DNA from: the human T2T-CHM13v2.0 reference genome, Homo sapiens
Reading direction: 5' to 3' (one strand)
NCBI RefSeq assembly: GCF_009914755.1
Contig: NC_060936.1
Length of the DNA: 64,000 nucleotides
Shown: one piece after another, positions 1-14,016 of the stretch
How the letters are laid out: every line of letters starts with the position of its first letter
Numbering within the stretch: the first letter of the stretch is position 1
Position numbers and translations under genes: made by a program
The notes under the pieces: model-generated
The model's database searches: none
The model's input: the letters and a program-made list of their open reading frames with translations, nothing else
What the model was told of the DNA's origin: nothing

Positions 1-652
1 CATAGAATAAACAATATTCTCCATTCGCTTTAGTTCAAGCAAAACTTTGCCTTCTTATCTCGGCCACACACAATGCTAAAGAGATAAAACTGTCAACTTT
101 CTAAAGGGACAGATGAACAGAAAAGCATATATCAAATACAGAGAGAAAGGAACTACTTGTCTGCAACCAGGTCAAGTTATGAGGAAAAGCCACATGGAGA
201 AAACATGGCCACTCTTGATGATGCTGGAGCTTGATGATGCTGGGACCTTATTGTATCCAATGTTAACTAATTGTTACTCACTTCTCAGCTCAAAACCTGA
301 GGAATTTACATTGCCTTTACCAACTCATGGCCTTCAGACTGGATATTTTTGACACACTTCTTCACTAAGGGATAACAAATATTAGCCCTGGTGGTATTTT
401 AAAAATTGACTTATTTATCAATAATTACAATTTGGGATATGTCATAAGCAAAACGTGTAATTCTATACTTCTTGAAAAATTGGAAGCTCAGGTAGCACTG
501 GGTGACTTCACTTGGAGCTTAGTATTAGCCACTTCCCTTAGACAAAAGAGACATATAACCAATATATCACAATCCCAATCACTTTTAAATGATAAAACAG
601 CTATGATGTAATAACTCTTTTCAGGAACACGAAAGGTAGAAGTGGGTTAAAG

Positions 653-863
653 CAGTGGTGTGCCGGAGCCAGCTTATACTGATTGGCTCAAGAGAAATAG
701 TGTGTGCATTTCTTACCAATTTCAAGGTCAATGGCATCATGCTGGTAGCTTTAATTCAGCTACAGTGAGCATACTTACACCACAGAAATCTGCAAATATT
801 GTCAATCTAATTTTCCATCGAAGCTCTGATACTAGTTGTTAAACATTAACCAGCACACCATTG
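653..863 (+). mobile_element. MER63-type non-autonomous hAT DNA transposon
   Basis: Terminal inverted repeats CAGTGGTGTGCCGG ... CCAGCACACCATTG; internal sequence resembles the recalled MER63A consensus; only a degenerate 8-bp TSD (ggttaaag/gattgagg). Confidence 0.75.
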
Positions 864-1395
864 GATTGAGGTAAAATGCAGAGCACATACCCACATGAAA
901 GGGACAGCTGCATTTAACAAAGCCACTTTAGTTACATTTGTTAAGTGCCTTATTAAAATCATAATCCACAATAAAAATATATTGAGTCTATCATGATCAA
1001 CCTCTGCTTATCTTTTAAACACAATAACAAATTGTCCATTTGAACAATACTGAACTATTTGTCATTTCTAAGATGGGACAATTTTTTTTCCTCTTGGTTT
1101 CTTTATAATTATTGTACCCCTTTTCTGGAATAATCTTTTCATCTTGTTCATCTGTCAATGCCTGCTTGTCTTCTCAGATTTCAACTCAGGTATATTATCT
1201 TCTCCTGAGTTATTTTTTTAACTGCTGTAAAGGCGTATTTCTGTGCCCCATATCTATGCTTCCTAGGATAAAGCACGTTCCTCTAATAGTGTACAACATT
1301 TGGCAATTGCCTGTTTGTCTCTTCTCTCTGCTAGACGTTGTGCTACTTGAGAATATAGCTTTCCCTTTTATTAATTTATTTCGTTTACATCCTTC

Positions 1396-2913
1396 TGTCA
1401 CAGGATTCTACCAGCCTGGATCCTATGCCTGCCAAGGGCAAGTGGAGCTGGAAGGGATGTGTGAGCAAGCAAGCATCAGGTCCGGCCACTGCACATAGCT
1501 GCTGGCTGCAGTGGGGTGGGCAGCTCCAGTCTCCAGCACAAGAGCCAGCTCCTTGCGAGGCTACAGCTGGACCAGACATCCCACAAGCAGCTTCCACAGA
1601 TGGCACTAGGGAATGCAGTGGCACCCAGAAGCTTGAAGGCACCAGGAACCACAGAGCCCCAAAGAGGGTGTCACAGTCCTGGCTTGGGGAACTCCTAGAT
1701 CTGGGCTCCCTGAAGGACTGCAGCTCTTCTCTCCTTCTTGTCACCCACAACATGGTGAGCAAGGGGTGTGTTTCAGCCCTGTTTGTGTTACAAAGGGCAT
1801 GTTCAGCCCTGCCATTTGGTGGGTCCTGAGTTCTTGTCCAGTGCCCAGGAAAAATGAGGAATGCTGACAAGTGGAGGGTTAGCAAGGCGAAGAGGAGCTT
1901 TATTGAGCAATAGAACAGCTCAGAGGAGACTTGAAGTGGGTAGCATTTGTCCACAGCCAGGGTGTCCCGATGAGTGTTCAGCTCTCAGCAGAGAGGAGAC
2001 CCTGGAGTGGGCAGCTCCTCTTCACAGCTGGTAGTGTCGATGTTTGCTCAGCTCTCAACAGAGAGGGGAACCTGGTGTGGGTAGCTCCTCTCCACAGCTG
2101 GTTGTCTTATTGTCTCCTCAGCTCTCAGCAGAGAGGAGACCCTGGGTTGGGTAGGTTCTCTCTGCAACTGGCCATCCTGCTGTCTTCCTAAGTCTGTCTG
2201 AGTCCAGGACCTTTATGGGCCTCAGAGGGGAGAAAGCGTGCACCGATTGATTCATGGGCAGCTATGGGCAGGCATGGAAAAAGCACCACAAGTTCCCGCT
2301 ACAGTCTGCAGGACTAGCAGCCTGGCCCCCAGGCTTCAGGCCCTCCCTGGCTTGAAGATGGAGCTTCAGTGGGGATCTGCCCGCTTCTGCCCAGGAGCCT
2401 GTCTGCCTCCTGCTGCCATTCATGGCACTCAGGCTGTTCATGCCAAGGGGTTCCTGAAGGTCAGCAATGACCCGCCCTCAGCCCTGCCCTTGGCCTTCCT
2501 CTTGTGCTAGTTGTGCCCAAAGTCCGGAGGGGATGAAGGTGACACGGGGTTGGTGTGTCAATACTTCCCTGATTGTGCGCACACCTGGCCAGGCTGGGAT
2601 AGTGACCAGACTCGGCCCCAACCTTGCTCTGAGATCAAAGCAGATGCTAGGAGTGGAGAGAAGCCAAACAGTGGGAGCAGGCACTTCCAAGCCTGTGGGG
2701 GTATGGGGGTCCTTCCCAGGCCCCTGAGAGTGCAGAGATGCCTGGGTCCACAGCCGTGACATGAGGAGTTGCAGCTGTGCCTGGGAAGGTGGGGCTCCTC
2801 CTGCCTGTTCCTGGCTCTCACCAGCTCCCTGGAGCGTGCAGTGCTGCCTGTGCCTCCACACTGCAGCTGGCATCGTGGCAGCTGCCGCTCTATACAGGCT
2901 GCCACTGCCATCA
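1396..2913 (-). mobile_element. MER52-family ERV1 solo LTR
   Basis: GC-rich block with TG...CA termini; perfect 4-bp TSD CTTC (1392-1395 / 2914-2917); minus-strand AATAAA at 1899-1904; internal ~70-bp tandem units at ~1915-2180. Confidence 0.88.
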
Positions 2914-4590
2914 CTTCCAGAATATTACGTTGCTGCTACCTAGTAGATGTTCAGTAAGCTTCTTAATTTTAATAAGCATTTAACTAGGAACATGAAGTTC
3001 TTTATACTTTGAGACATTATATACCTGCTTGTTATTGCCATGAGTGCTTTCTGTCTCTTGACTGAAACATGGCTCCCAAGCCTGAAACATCAGGGATAAA
3101 GTCTGGTGAGGAAAACAAAAGCAGAGAAGAGAACCAAGAGCCAGCATGGTTCACCAAGGTCACAGGGCTCTTGGTTACTGACTGAATCCAGACTGTAGTC
3201 CAATGCTACTAGCAACAAATCTGTTCTTTACACTGAGTCTCGGCTACTTTGCTTCTCTTTAAATGCAAGTAATCAAACTTTTTCTTCCTACTACTAAACA
3301 TTTTAGCACAGGTATTATTTATATACTTATTGAATGCACAGCTTTTCAGTAACAATCCTAGATAGCTAGTGTCACTATTTAACACCTTAAATCTCTAATG
3401 ATGATGAGTCCATTTTGACCTTTCCTAGAGTTCCTCAGAGGCATCCCTATTATTGTCTTATCATTAAGATTTATTAGTATCATTTCATTTACGAACTGCC
3501 ATTTTCATTTTATTTTGGGGCATATGTTCAAACTGGCATCTTCCCCAGCTGCAATCAATGTACATAATGCCACAGCTCCTTGATTGGTTTAAGAACATTT
3601 TCTTCTCTACGGATAGGAACACAGTTTAAGGTTTCTGATGATGGCACATTTCAAGTGATGCTGCTTAATTCACCTGCAGTTCTCAGTGTCTTGGTTGTCT
3701 CATATTCATCTTTAAAAATAAACTTCCTGATGTTGCAAACTAAGAAGTGGTCCTAAAGAAAAGAAGATTAAAACCACAGATGGTGCAATATAGATACCAG
3801 ACATCCTATTACACTAACTCTGAGTATTACAATTAATGTAATGAAGAAAAACTTAAATGTGTTGGCCTTAAGAAGTTAGATAAGACCCAGTAGGTGACAA
3901 AGTTGCTTACGGTGATGGTTGATTTCCTATTCCAGGTTGTTGGTTTTTCTTTTTTACTGTTCTGAACTAGAAAAAAAATGTCTTGGAAGTTCATATAAAT
4001 AACTTTCATGATTTCTAAGAACAATCATTGGTTACAGATGAATGTTTTCAGGATAATTGTCATATAGATTTGGTTATGAGAAATTAATAAAAATTGTTCC
4101 AAATAAATTTAATGTAATATACATCATTTATATGAAGTCTTTATCAACTTCTAAAATATTGCTTTTAAGTGTTTTTATTTATATTAAAATATATAGTCTA
4201 TCTTCACTGGAAATATTTTCCTAATTTTGTTTTCATATAATTGCTTTTATTATTGTAATTTCTGTTGAACATTTATTTAGTACTCATTGATCAAGTCCAT
4301 ACAACAAAGAAAAGTTTCTCTAAATCTCCAATGAATTTGGCTGTGCTCTGATTATTCCTGCTTCCCTAGCTTTCAAGACAAACAAAACTGTCTAAAAGTT
4401 TTAATTGTAGTTGATAAATTCTGAAAATGGAGTAACTTTTAAAGGCTCTTTCACACAAAAATCCTAAAGAAAACTCATAAATAATTACTCTCAGTAAACC
4501 CCCTCAAATTTTTAGAGCTTTTTTCACTTTATTCCCTTGATATAAAGTGTTAGTTTTTAGGTGGATTAAAACAACCTATTAGAAAATCTT

Positions 4591-4867
4591 GCCAGGTGTG
4601 TTGGCTTACCCCTGTAATCCCAGCACTTTGGGAGGCTGAGGCGAGCAGATCACCTGAAGTAAGGAGTTCGAGACCAGCTTGGCCAACATAGTGAAACCCT
4701 GTCTCTACTAAAAATACAAAAACTAGCCAGACATGGTAGTAGGTGCCTGTAATGCCAGCTACTTAGGAGGTTGAGGCAAGAGAATTGCTTGAACCTGAGA
4801 GGCGGGGGTTGCAGTGAGCCAAGATGGTGGCACTACACTCCAGCCTGGATGACAGAGCAAGACTCTC

Positions 4868-4903
<36 letters not shown>
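4591..4903 (+). mobile_element. AluS, full length, with A/(GAAAA)n tail
   Basis: Both Alu monomers, A-rich linker and tail; approximate TSD agaaaatct/agaaaatat. Confidence 0.95.
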
Positions 4904-6136
4904 TATAATAGACTGACTCTACATTTATTTGTACTGTTCTATTTAAAAATATTTTAAATAATTTTTAACAGACTTTGCACCACAGAATGTCCAGGATATA
5001 TCAGGAAGGAGCAATGAGGTAAGTGTTCCTCAAAGTGACAGTTATAAGTGACTAAGACATAGGGAGATGAATCACTTGGTCATCATATTGATCTGAATTC
5101 TGGGAGGACATAGATCATAAATTTGAAGGAGAAAGGCAATGCATTTCTGCAAATGGATACTGCTTAAAGTCCCTAACATGCTCCTTGAAATAAATGGGGC
5201 ACAAAAGAGGTTGTTTTACCCTAAAGCAATTTTACCTCCAATCTTGGCAGATTTCCAAATTTTTGAGACTTGACCATAGTCTTATGTTAGAGTGGCTTTA
5301 AGGGGACAGGCAATGGGATATTCACTGGATGTAAAATCAGATGATTTTGGTTTGAAAGCAAGCCTTTTCACTTATCAACTTCTTGACTTTCAGCAAATCA
5401 TATAACATCTCAAATTATTAATTGTCATATTATCTGTGAATGACATATATATACATATATAAGCCAAGAGTGTTTTGTAAGCAGTGAATTTCTTTACTGC
5501 CATATTCAAAAAAGCAAGCAGTTGTTAGGTGATAGTCATTCATTTATTCATTCAACCACACTGTTATGTTGGGTGGAGGATACTGACATCCATGAAAAAC
5601 AATCCCCTAATTTCAAGACATGTATAGTCCAGAAAGGGTTGTAGACTCAACTCATTGTGGCTCACAGATGTATTTTGTCTGCTGGCATATTTATTTAAAG
5701 TTGGAATTGTAAGGCCTTTTAATACCCTCTCCAGTTAGTCACATGTTCAACCTCTCCTTTTCTTATATTAACCTGCTTTAGTCAAACAAGGTCACACACT
5801 ATAGGTACTCTCTTTAGTCAAATTATTTTTTCCAGTGGATATGCCTTATTTATGTTGCAGTTTGACACTAAAGCTACATTCAAGAAAATGTTTCTCCATG
5901 CAAGCTGTTGGAATAACATCCATAAGAATTCAGCCATTCTTATTTGTATATTTGTCCAAAATGCTCCTTTTCCCCCATTTTACTTCTAGATTATGTATAT
6001 CTGTAAATGTTTCTTAGATTTACTTTGCTACATTATAGTTTTGCCAAAACATACCCCTGCCAAACAGGATACACTTTTCTCACCTCATTCTGAGGCTTAT
6101 ATTTCCCACAAACTCAACAATGTAAATTAGATCCTA

Positions 6137-6170
6137 TTAGGTTGGTGCAAAAGTAATTATGGTTTATGCC
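6137..6170. mobile_element. MADE1 (Hsmar1 MITE) half-element
   Basis: TTAGGTTGGTGCAAAAGTAATT mariner TIR preceded by TA; second TIR not recognisable. Confidence 0.7.
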
Positions 6171-7380
6171 AACTAAGCAACCTGTACTAATAGACTATTC
6201 CAGTCTTAGCTAATTGTTCCCTTTTCTGAATTTCTGTGATATTCTGAATGCCTATACCACCCATTTGGGAATGTAACCACATTGGGAAACATTTCTTTAG
6301 CTATTTCATGTCAGCATATCTTTCTAAAACACATTATTTTTTGAAAACAGAAACTGGGTCTTAAATTCTCTTGTTTCTAGATCTTCTCCCAGTGAAATCT
6401 TGGTGAAATAAATTGACAAATAAGGAGTGAAAGATGACACAGCTAAATATGTGACCTCCAAAACATAGATCTAGTTATATTTATGGTATAATAATATAAA
6501 ATGCAAACTATCATATATATATATATAGTAAAACTTATTCTTAATTCTCAGAATCAAGCTAAGACTCACTTGTCCACTTTTTCCATCCTTAAACAGAAGC
6601 ATACATAGAATATATATATATCCCAAGACCCAAACTAATTTTCTAGCAATCAACTCAGTGACTTACATTTGTAATTAGAATAGTATTATCTGTGGTGCTA
6701 TATTATGCATTTGTTTCCACAGAACACTATCCTTCTATCCTTATGTTCTGATGTACTTAATAACCTCTTGATTTTATATATAAAGTAATTTTCATGATGC
6801 TGTGTCTCTACTTTATATAGTCCTGCTTATACATTTCTGCAAATAAAGCCTGTTGTGAGAAATTGTATGATGAAAACCCAGAGAATATTACCTTCATAGT
6901 TTCAAATAATGCCTAGCTATGTAGTCTACTGCTCTCAGAATTTCTATTTAATTCCTAGGAGACTACAATCCATTTCTTTGATGTGCATGATTTTGGGACT
7001 ACATTTGACCATGCTTAGGCAGGTCAGTTTTCCTTTGTGGTTTTATACTGTGCAGGACTGACCTTTTCTTGTGCACATTTATTTTCCTTTTATTTTCTTT
7101 AATGGCCCATTGCATGCTGGCATTCTTAAAATGACTTCCAAGTAGAAAAATATGGATTTAGGATTTTTTTTATAACTACCCCCCAATGAAGTGATCTTTT
7201 CTGTGTGAACTGCAAAGAGTTACTAGAAAGCAAAGATTGTTATTGAAAGAGGACTAGACTTCAAATTAGAAGACCAAAAGGATCATAAGAAGCCATTCTG
7301 TTCTGTCAATTAACAACGATATGACTTTGGTTGACTTTGCTAAATATTTTGAACTTAATTTTCTTATCCATAAAATGGAA

Positions 7381-7417
7381 TGATGATGATGATAATAATA
7401 ATAATAATAATAATAAT
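7381..7417. repeat. (GAT)n(AAT)n compound microsatellite inside a probable MIR remnant
   Basis: Direct reading: tgatgatgatgataataataataat... Confidence 0.9.
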
Positions 7418-8339
7418 ATTGCTAGCACCTTCTATGGGAAGTTGGTACAATTAAATAAAATTTTTAAGCAAAGAGGTTTGCAAATTTTTAGCATTACAAA
7501 AAATGTACATAGTATAATTTGTAAGAATGAAGAACAATGACTGAAGCCTTATATTTGGCACCATCTGTTCTTAGAAATCCATAGGATGAGCCACACAGAA
7601 TAAGAGCTGAGTATATTGACTGACCTATAGGATTATGCAAAGTCAAAATTCAGTTCTTCATATACAGAAAAGGTGAGTTAGATATTTGAATGGTGAACAT
7701 GTAAGCACAAAGTAAGTTTGAAAATAAGTTGAAAATTAGAAAATTCTGCAATATGTACCCCCAAATTAAAATTATATATATATATGTATTATATGTGTTG
7801 TGTATACATATAAGAAAATTCCACGCAGAAAAAGCAACAGATGAGATGTCAAAAATAAATAATATAATGGTGACTGTTATAATTCTAACAGTGTCCAAAA
7901 TTCAGGAAGTTTGTTTCAACAGAAGTGGAACAAATAATCACTAAAAAATGAAGAGCTATGCAATGTAGCAGTCAAGTTACGTAGATGGGAAGCTGGCATT
8001 CACAGGAATTTAAGTAAAAATTCAATCTAGTCATGCTGCTATTAGGCGTGTTCTTAATTTTGTTGGGTTTTTTAAATATAGTACAGTGGTCAAAAACAGT
8101 TATGACTAAAAGGTAAATAATATAACAAAAATCTCTTGTTGGACAAACCACAAGACGGATTTAATATTTGGTCCTGTGGCAGTGACCAAAGGCATCTTTT
8201 TACCCTTTATTTACTACAATCTCAAAATTCAAGCTGGTACTTCCAAATTGCAGGATGAGATTAAAGAATGACACTAACAGACTAATCTGCTAGTATTACA
8301 GGAGTTTTATTTAAACTATTGTATTTCTTGTCATTTGTG

Positions 8340-9250
8340 AGCTTACTGTGTGTTAAATGATAAATTAATCTGAGAAGCATGCAAAGTTATAAAATTAACT
8401 GTTATAAGTGCTATGTCAGAAAGCTGCTGAGACTATTAAGTTTGTAAATTTGGCATTTACTTTTTTGTGTATGGCAGGGAAATTACCCTGAGAAGGTAAT
8501 AGCTGAATTGAATATATAAGAAAGAAAGTTAAAAGTGGCGGGGAAGATAAAATAAGGAGGAAGCATTCAGGCATAAGAGCAGCCCTAATATAGCTCTTAT
8601 AGCCTCATCAAATGGTCGGTGAGATCTGAGCACTGAAAGCAGCAGGAAGAAAGGAGAAACATTCAGCTACAGAGGTAAGTAGAATCAGCCTTGAAGGCCT
8701 TCTGTGTAGGCCCTGTCAAATATTTTTGTTTTATGAGTAATGGCACATATGTAGGTTTTGTAGCAAAAGGTGACATATCTAAACGTACATTCCATAAAAT
8801 ACTGTGGTTTCAGAGTGAAGAAGAGGTTTAATGGTGCAATATTGGATATGGGGAGAATGGTTGGGGATTATTGCAGCAGACAGCAGACCACACAGCAGGA
8901 CCAGGGCAATAGAAGTGGAGATAGAGAGAAGACTGACTTAAGAAATGCTTAGGAAATAAAGTCAATTTACAGTACTGAACTCCATGTTGGAGCAAAGGAG
9001 AAAGCAATGTCACAAATAATTCCTGATTTTCTGGCTTGGATGTTGATGCTAGAAACACTAAAAAAAAAAAAAAAAAAAATTAATTGAAGTGAAGGGGGTC
9101 AATATGAGTTTAGGGGTGTTGACTTGTAGGTAACTTTGAGACATCCAAATAGGGAATATTGAAATCCTAGCTGGACGAAAGTTTTTGAGTCCAGAAATTT
9201 CAAAACTGTAAATATAAATTTTGGAGTTATTTGTATATATGCATATATAA
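8340..9250 (-). mobile_element. L2 LINE remnant (approximate bounds)
   Basis: Purine-rich degenerate sequence with L2-antisense-like motifs (tttgagacatccaaatag; ataaattttggagttat). Confidence 0.55.
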
Positions 9251-10951
9251 TATAATAGAATTATTGAATTTTCAGACCTATTTTAATTTGATTATCATTT
9301 TGCCATGTTGTGAGAAGTTTTTCAATAGAAATTGGCTGATCCAATGCATTCGTTCACTGAGAGAGCCAGGAATTGGACTGATTCACAGATGGGGTTGACT
9401 GGATGAATGTGACAAAGTAGCAAAAGGACCAGGTAATTGAAAGCATTATCAAGAGTGTGTTGACATATGAACAGTAGACTCTAACTAAATATAGAGATAT
9501 TTGAGGACACAGAAGAAGGAAAACATGAAAGGTGGTCAGCAGACATAAGATGTCAATGAGATTACATGTAGAAGTAGCTGAAAAGGGAGAAGTTTGAGAT
9601 CAGAATGTGATGTGATTTAATTACTGGTTGAAGTTGGGATACTTACAGGTGCAGCGATGTACTCAACCAAAATAAATGAGATGGTAGAGTGGAAAAGAAA
9701 CTCATTGGCAGTGAGGTCAAGGAGCTGAAGAGGTTGCATGTTGAGAGTTCATGCCCCAAAATGAATAATACGAAGGAAAGATAAAAAGATGGAGAAATAA
9801 AGACACAATAGTTCACATGCTTTAGAATATTGAGGAATCAATAACGTATGCTATTGCAGTAGCTTTAAAGAGATTATCATTATAAATGCTTTGGGTTCCT
9901 TCAGTTTTGAATTTAAACAACAAATATTTGTACATCAGAATCTAGTGCTTTTGAATATTTTACATTCCAGCTGACATTACGCTCCTTTCTCCCATTACCC
10001 GTTTACCCATGCCACCCCCCCGACACACCAGAAAATATAGCAAATAAAAATATGATTTTGACAGTTCTGTCATTAGGAATCAATGAAGACAGTCACAAGA
10101 TATTTCCTAGTAAGCTCTTGGACAGAGAAAGGAAATGTAATTAAGATGTTGACTAATTTAATGACGTCTATTCTCCAGAGCATATCTACTTTTACCGCTG
10201 TTGCTATTTCCAGATCCTATTTTCCAGCCAGTGATTTTTTTCATGAGTTGTGATATTCACTTGAAACCTTAATCATTCTCAAAGATCCAGCTCTAAAATG
10301 GAAATTAGGGCTTTTCCCTCCATCTGAAACTCACTTGAAAGAACTAAAGCTGCTGTGTCAACTGCTTTCAAGAATTATAGAGGGCAAAGCAAGGGAAGTG
10401 CTTAAGAATAATGTAAAAGATTTTTATTCTAAAACACTGATTACCTAGACTCTTCCTGTGGAAATTTAAATGCTGAATTTTCAGATCCTAGATTGAAATG
10501 AGAGCGAGATACACAATATGGCCTTGGTAAGAATATCTAATAAGGACTCTGCCATCATAAAATGAAATGTTGGTGGCATCCAAATAATGCACTACAAATT
10601 AAGTGGGAAGCAACATTTTTATGCCTAAAACTCAAATTTAAAGGGTTCTATTAATTAAGGTACAATTTGTGGTGAACGATATTTCAATAAACTTGATTGT
10701 TAAATTCTATTTTTATCTAATACTATCTATACACTTTTATCTTTGTCCCTGGCTTTTTAAACATAATCCTTATTCAGTCTCTAATTGCATCCTCAGCTTC
10801 GTCTCTACTGGTCTCCTGGCTCTATCATTGTCCCTATGCAGCCTATTTTATAAGATTCTCCAAAATGTCTCCTCATTTTTGCAAATGCTTTTCTTCCTCA
10901 GAATAAAGTAAGGTGCAGTGGTTGATCCCATCCCACCATTGATTTCCAAGC

Positions 10952-11451
10952 TATGGTAGGCAGAATAATGCCCTTGCCCCTGTAGAAGTTTATATGATAA
11001 TCCAGGACCCTGTGAATATGTTATGTTACATGACAAAGGGGAATTAAGTTTGGAATTGGAATTAATTTGCTATTCAGTTTTCCTTAAAATAAAGAATTTA
11101 CTCTGGATTATCCAGGTGGATCCAATGTAGTGGCAAGAGTCCATAAAAGTGAAAGGAGACAGAAGAGGGCTCAGGGCCATATATATTTAAATGTGCTATA
11201 CTGCTAGATTTGAAGATGGAGGAAAGGCTTTGAACCAAGAAATGCTGGTGGCCTCCAGAAGCTAAAAAAGGCAAAGAAAAGATTCTCTGCTGGACTTCCT
11301 AGAAGGAATGCAACTCTAATGACACCCTGACCTTTACCCAGCAAGACTGAGTTTGACTTCTGACCTGTAGAACAATGATATAATAATGTGTATTGTTTTA
11401 AGCCACTAAGTTTGTGAAAATTTATTACAGCAACAAAAGAAAACTAATACA
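10952..11451 (+). mobile_element. MLT1D-like MaLR solo LTR
   Basis: Starts tatggtaggcagaataatg and ends aaactaataca; perfect 5-bp TSD CAAGC on both sides. Confidence 0.88.
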
Positions 11452-12828
11452 CAAGCCTGTACTTATATGTCTGTCAGCAATTTTCTGCCTCGGGATCCTC
11501 ATCTTCCTTAATAACTTGCTGCAGTTTTTAATTCACATCAGTGACCAAGATTGTTAGCAAATCCACTTGAGTTGGTGTACTGCACAGTAGTTACAGTTTT
11601 CCATTACTCAGAGGAAATAGAAAAAAAAAAGTTCTCCTGAAAGGGAGCACTAGAAAAGCCAGCATTAGAAATTATTAGAGAAGGATCACTTCCCTTGACT
11701 TCTGCCCACGTCATTCATATTGTCTGAAGGACTGTTTGTCCCCATTTCCAGATTTTCTTCTCTCATTGCTAACCATATCCATTTGGAGTCAAATTCATTT
11801 GATTATACCTTTATTATCGCCCCAAGTCTGTTTATAGAATACCTCCTAGGACTGCATTATACCTATACCTTATTTTTGTTGTTGCTTATTAAGATAGTTT
11901 CTAAAGTGTCTCTTCTTCCCAAGTATTCCTCAGACAATTGGAAGAGAAATGTTTATCTTCTCATCTGTCTAAATAAACAGCAATCTCCAAAATGTCTAAC
12001 TCAACTCATTGCTTATAATAAGCATCTGAAACATTTGTCATAAAACCATCCTAACTCATACTAACTGTGGTAAAAAGATGAAGACAAGTCTGATGAAGAG
12101 AAAATAAGAATTCTATCTATAAGACACAAAGTTTTAAATTTAAAATCATTCAACTCAATATAACTTGCAGCTATCAAGTATTAAATTATTTTTCTAAAGA
12201 CAGCATCAAAGTTATGAATACACTATCAATTTTTATGCTGAGAGATGCTTCCAGAGTGTGAGAAAGTGCCTTCCTAAAAAAATTAAATATCCTCCTAAAA
12301 ATATTAAATATCACTTTAGAATGTTCACTATTCAATTTTCTTATCTTTTTCTTTCTGAGAAAGTATAAAATTAGTTTTTTTATGTCCAAAGGTGGTGATT
12401 TCTAAGTAAAAAAGAAACCGAGTATTTAAGTTTTAATTTATGACACTGTTGTATATGGTGCATATTTCATGTATTTGTCCACATCTATAATTTTTATACT
12501 TTGTTGTATCATCAACACACAGGATTTCTGAGTTATGGAACGTGGATAAGGGTTTAACAAATAAATCCTTTTCAAATTAATAATGATAATAATTATAATC
12601 TTTTTTTCATCCTTGAAATCCCAAGTGGTAAATGCTCCAACAAAATATTATATATAGAAAACAGGGTTATTATAAACAGATTATCTTGAAGGACTATCAA
12701 AAAACATTACCATAATTACATACTTAAGAACATAATTATAAAATCTATTTGAAATAATTCATATATTGATAATACAGCTAGAAAATAGAAATATTTGGAC
12801 TGCCCTTTCTGTGATAAAGAAATGTCAT

Positions 12829-14016
12829 GATCCCTTCCTTATACCTTACACAAAAATTAATTCAAGATGGATTAAAGACTTAAATGTTAGACCTGAAACC
12901 ATAAAAACCCTAGAAGAAAATCTAGGCAATACCATTCAGGACATAGGCATGAGCAAGGACTTCATATCTAAAACACCAAAATCAATGGCAACAAAAGCCA
13001 AAATTGACAAATGGAATCTAATTAAACTAAAGAGCTTCTGCACAGCAAAAGAAACTACCATCAGAGTGAACAGGCAACCTACAGAATGGGAGAAAATTTC
13101 TGCAATCTACTCATCTGACAAAGGGCTAATATCCAGAATCTACAATGAACTCAAACAAATTTACAAGAAAAAAACAACCCCATCAAAAGTGGGCAAAGGA
13201 TATGAACAGACACTTCTCAAAAGAAGACATTTCTGCAGCCAAAAGACATGAAAAAATGCTCATCATCACTGACCATCAGAGAAATGCAAATCAAAACCAC
13301 AATGAGATACCATCTCACACCAGTTAGAATGGCAATCATTAAAAAGTCAGAAAACAACAGGTGCTGGAGAGGATGTGGAGAAATAGGAACACTTTTACAC
13401 TGCTGGTGGGACTGTAAACTAGTTCAACCATTGTGGAAATCAGTGTGGCGATTCCTCAGGGATCTAGAACTAGAAATACCATTTGACCCAGCCATTCCAT
13501 TACAGGGTATATACCCAAAGGATTATAAATCATCCTGCTATAAAGACACATGCACACATATGTTTATTGCGGCACTATTCACAATAGCAAAGACTTGGAA
13601 CCAACCCACATGTCCAATAATGATAGACTGGATTAAGAAAATGTGGCACATATACACCATGGAATACTATGCAGCCATAAAAAATGATGAGTTTATGTCC
13701 TTTGCAGGGACATGGATGAAGCTGGAAATCATCATTCTCAGCAAACTATCGCAAGGACAAAAAAACAAACACCGCATGTTCTCACTCATAGGTGGGAATT
13801 GAACAATGAGAACACATGGACACAGGAAGGGGAACATCACACACTGGGGCCTGTTGTGGGGTGGGGGGAGGGGGGAGGGATAGCATTAGGAGATATACCT
13901 AATGTTAAATGACGAGTTAATGGGTGCAGCACACCAGCATGGCACATGTATACATATGTAACAAACCTGCACGTTGTGCACATGTACCCTAAAACTTAAA
14001 GTATAATAAAAAAAAA
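12829..14016 (+). mobile_element. L1PA (L1PA4-like), 5'-truncated; ORF2 C-terminus, 3' UTR and poly(A)
   Basis: ORFs 12766-13251 and 13248-13802 translate to the L1 ORF2 C-terminus ([18 protein letters not shown]); G-rich 3' UTR; frameshifted; degenerate TSD aaagaaatgtcat/aaagaaaacat. Confidence 0.95.

Noticed and set aside
1915-2180. ~70-bp tandem units resembling a CRISPR-like or minisatellite array
   Set aside because: Degenerate tandem units without unique spacers, internal to the MER52 LTR; eukaryotic context
1385-2983. Dense overlapping ORFs of 60-189 aa on both strands
   Set aside because: All lie within the GC-rich MER52 LTR, where stops are rare; no domain-like content
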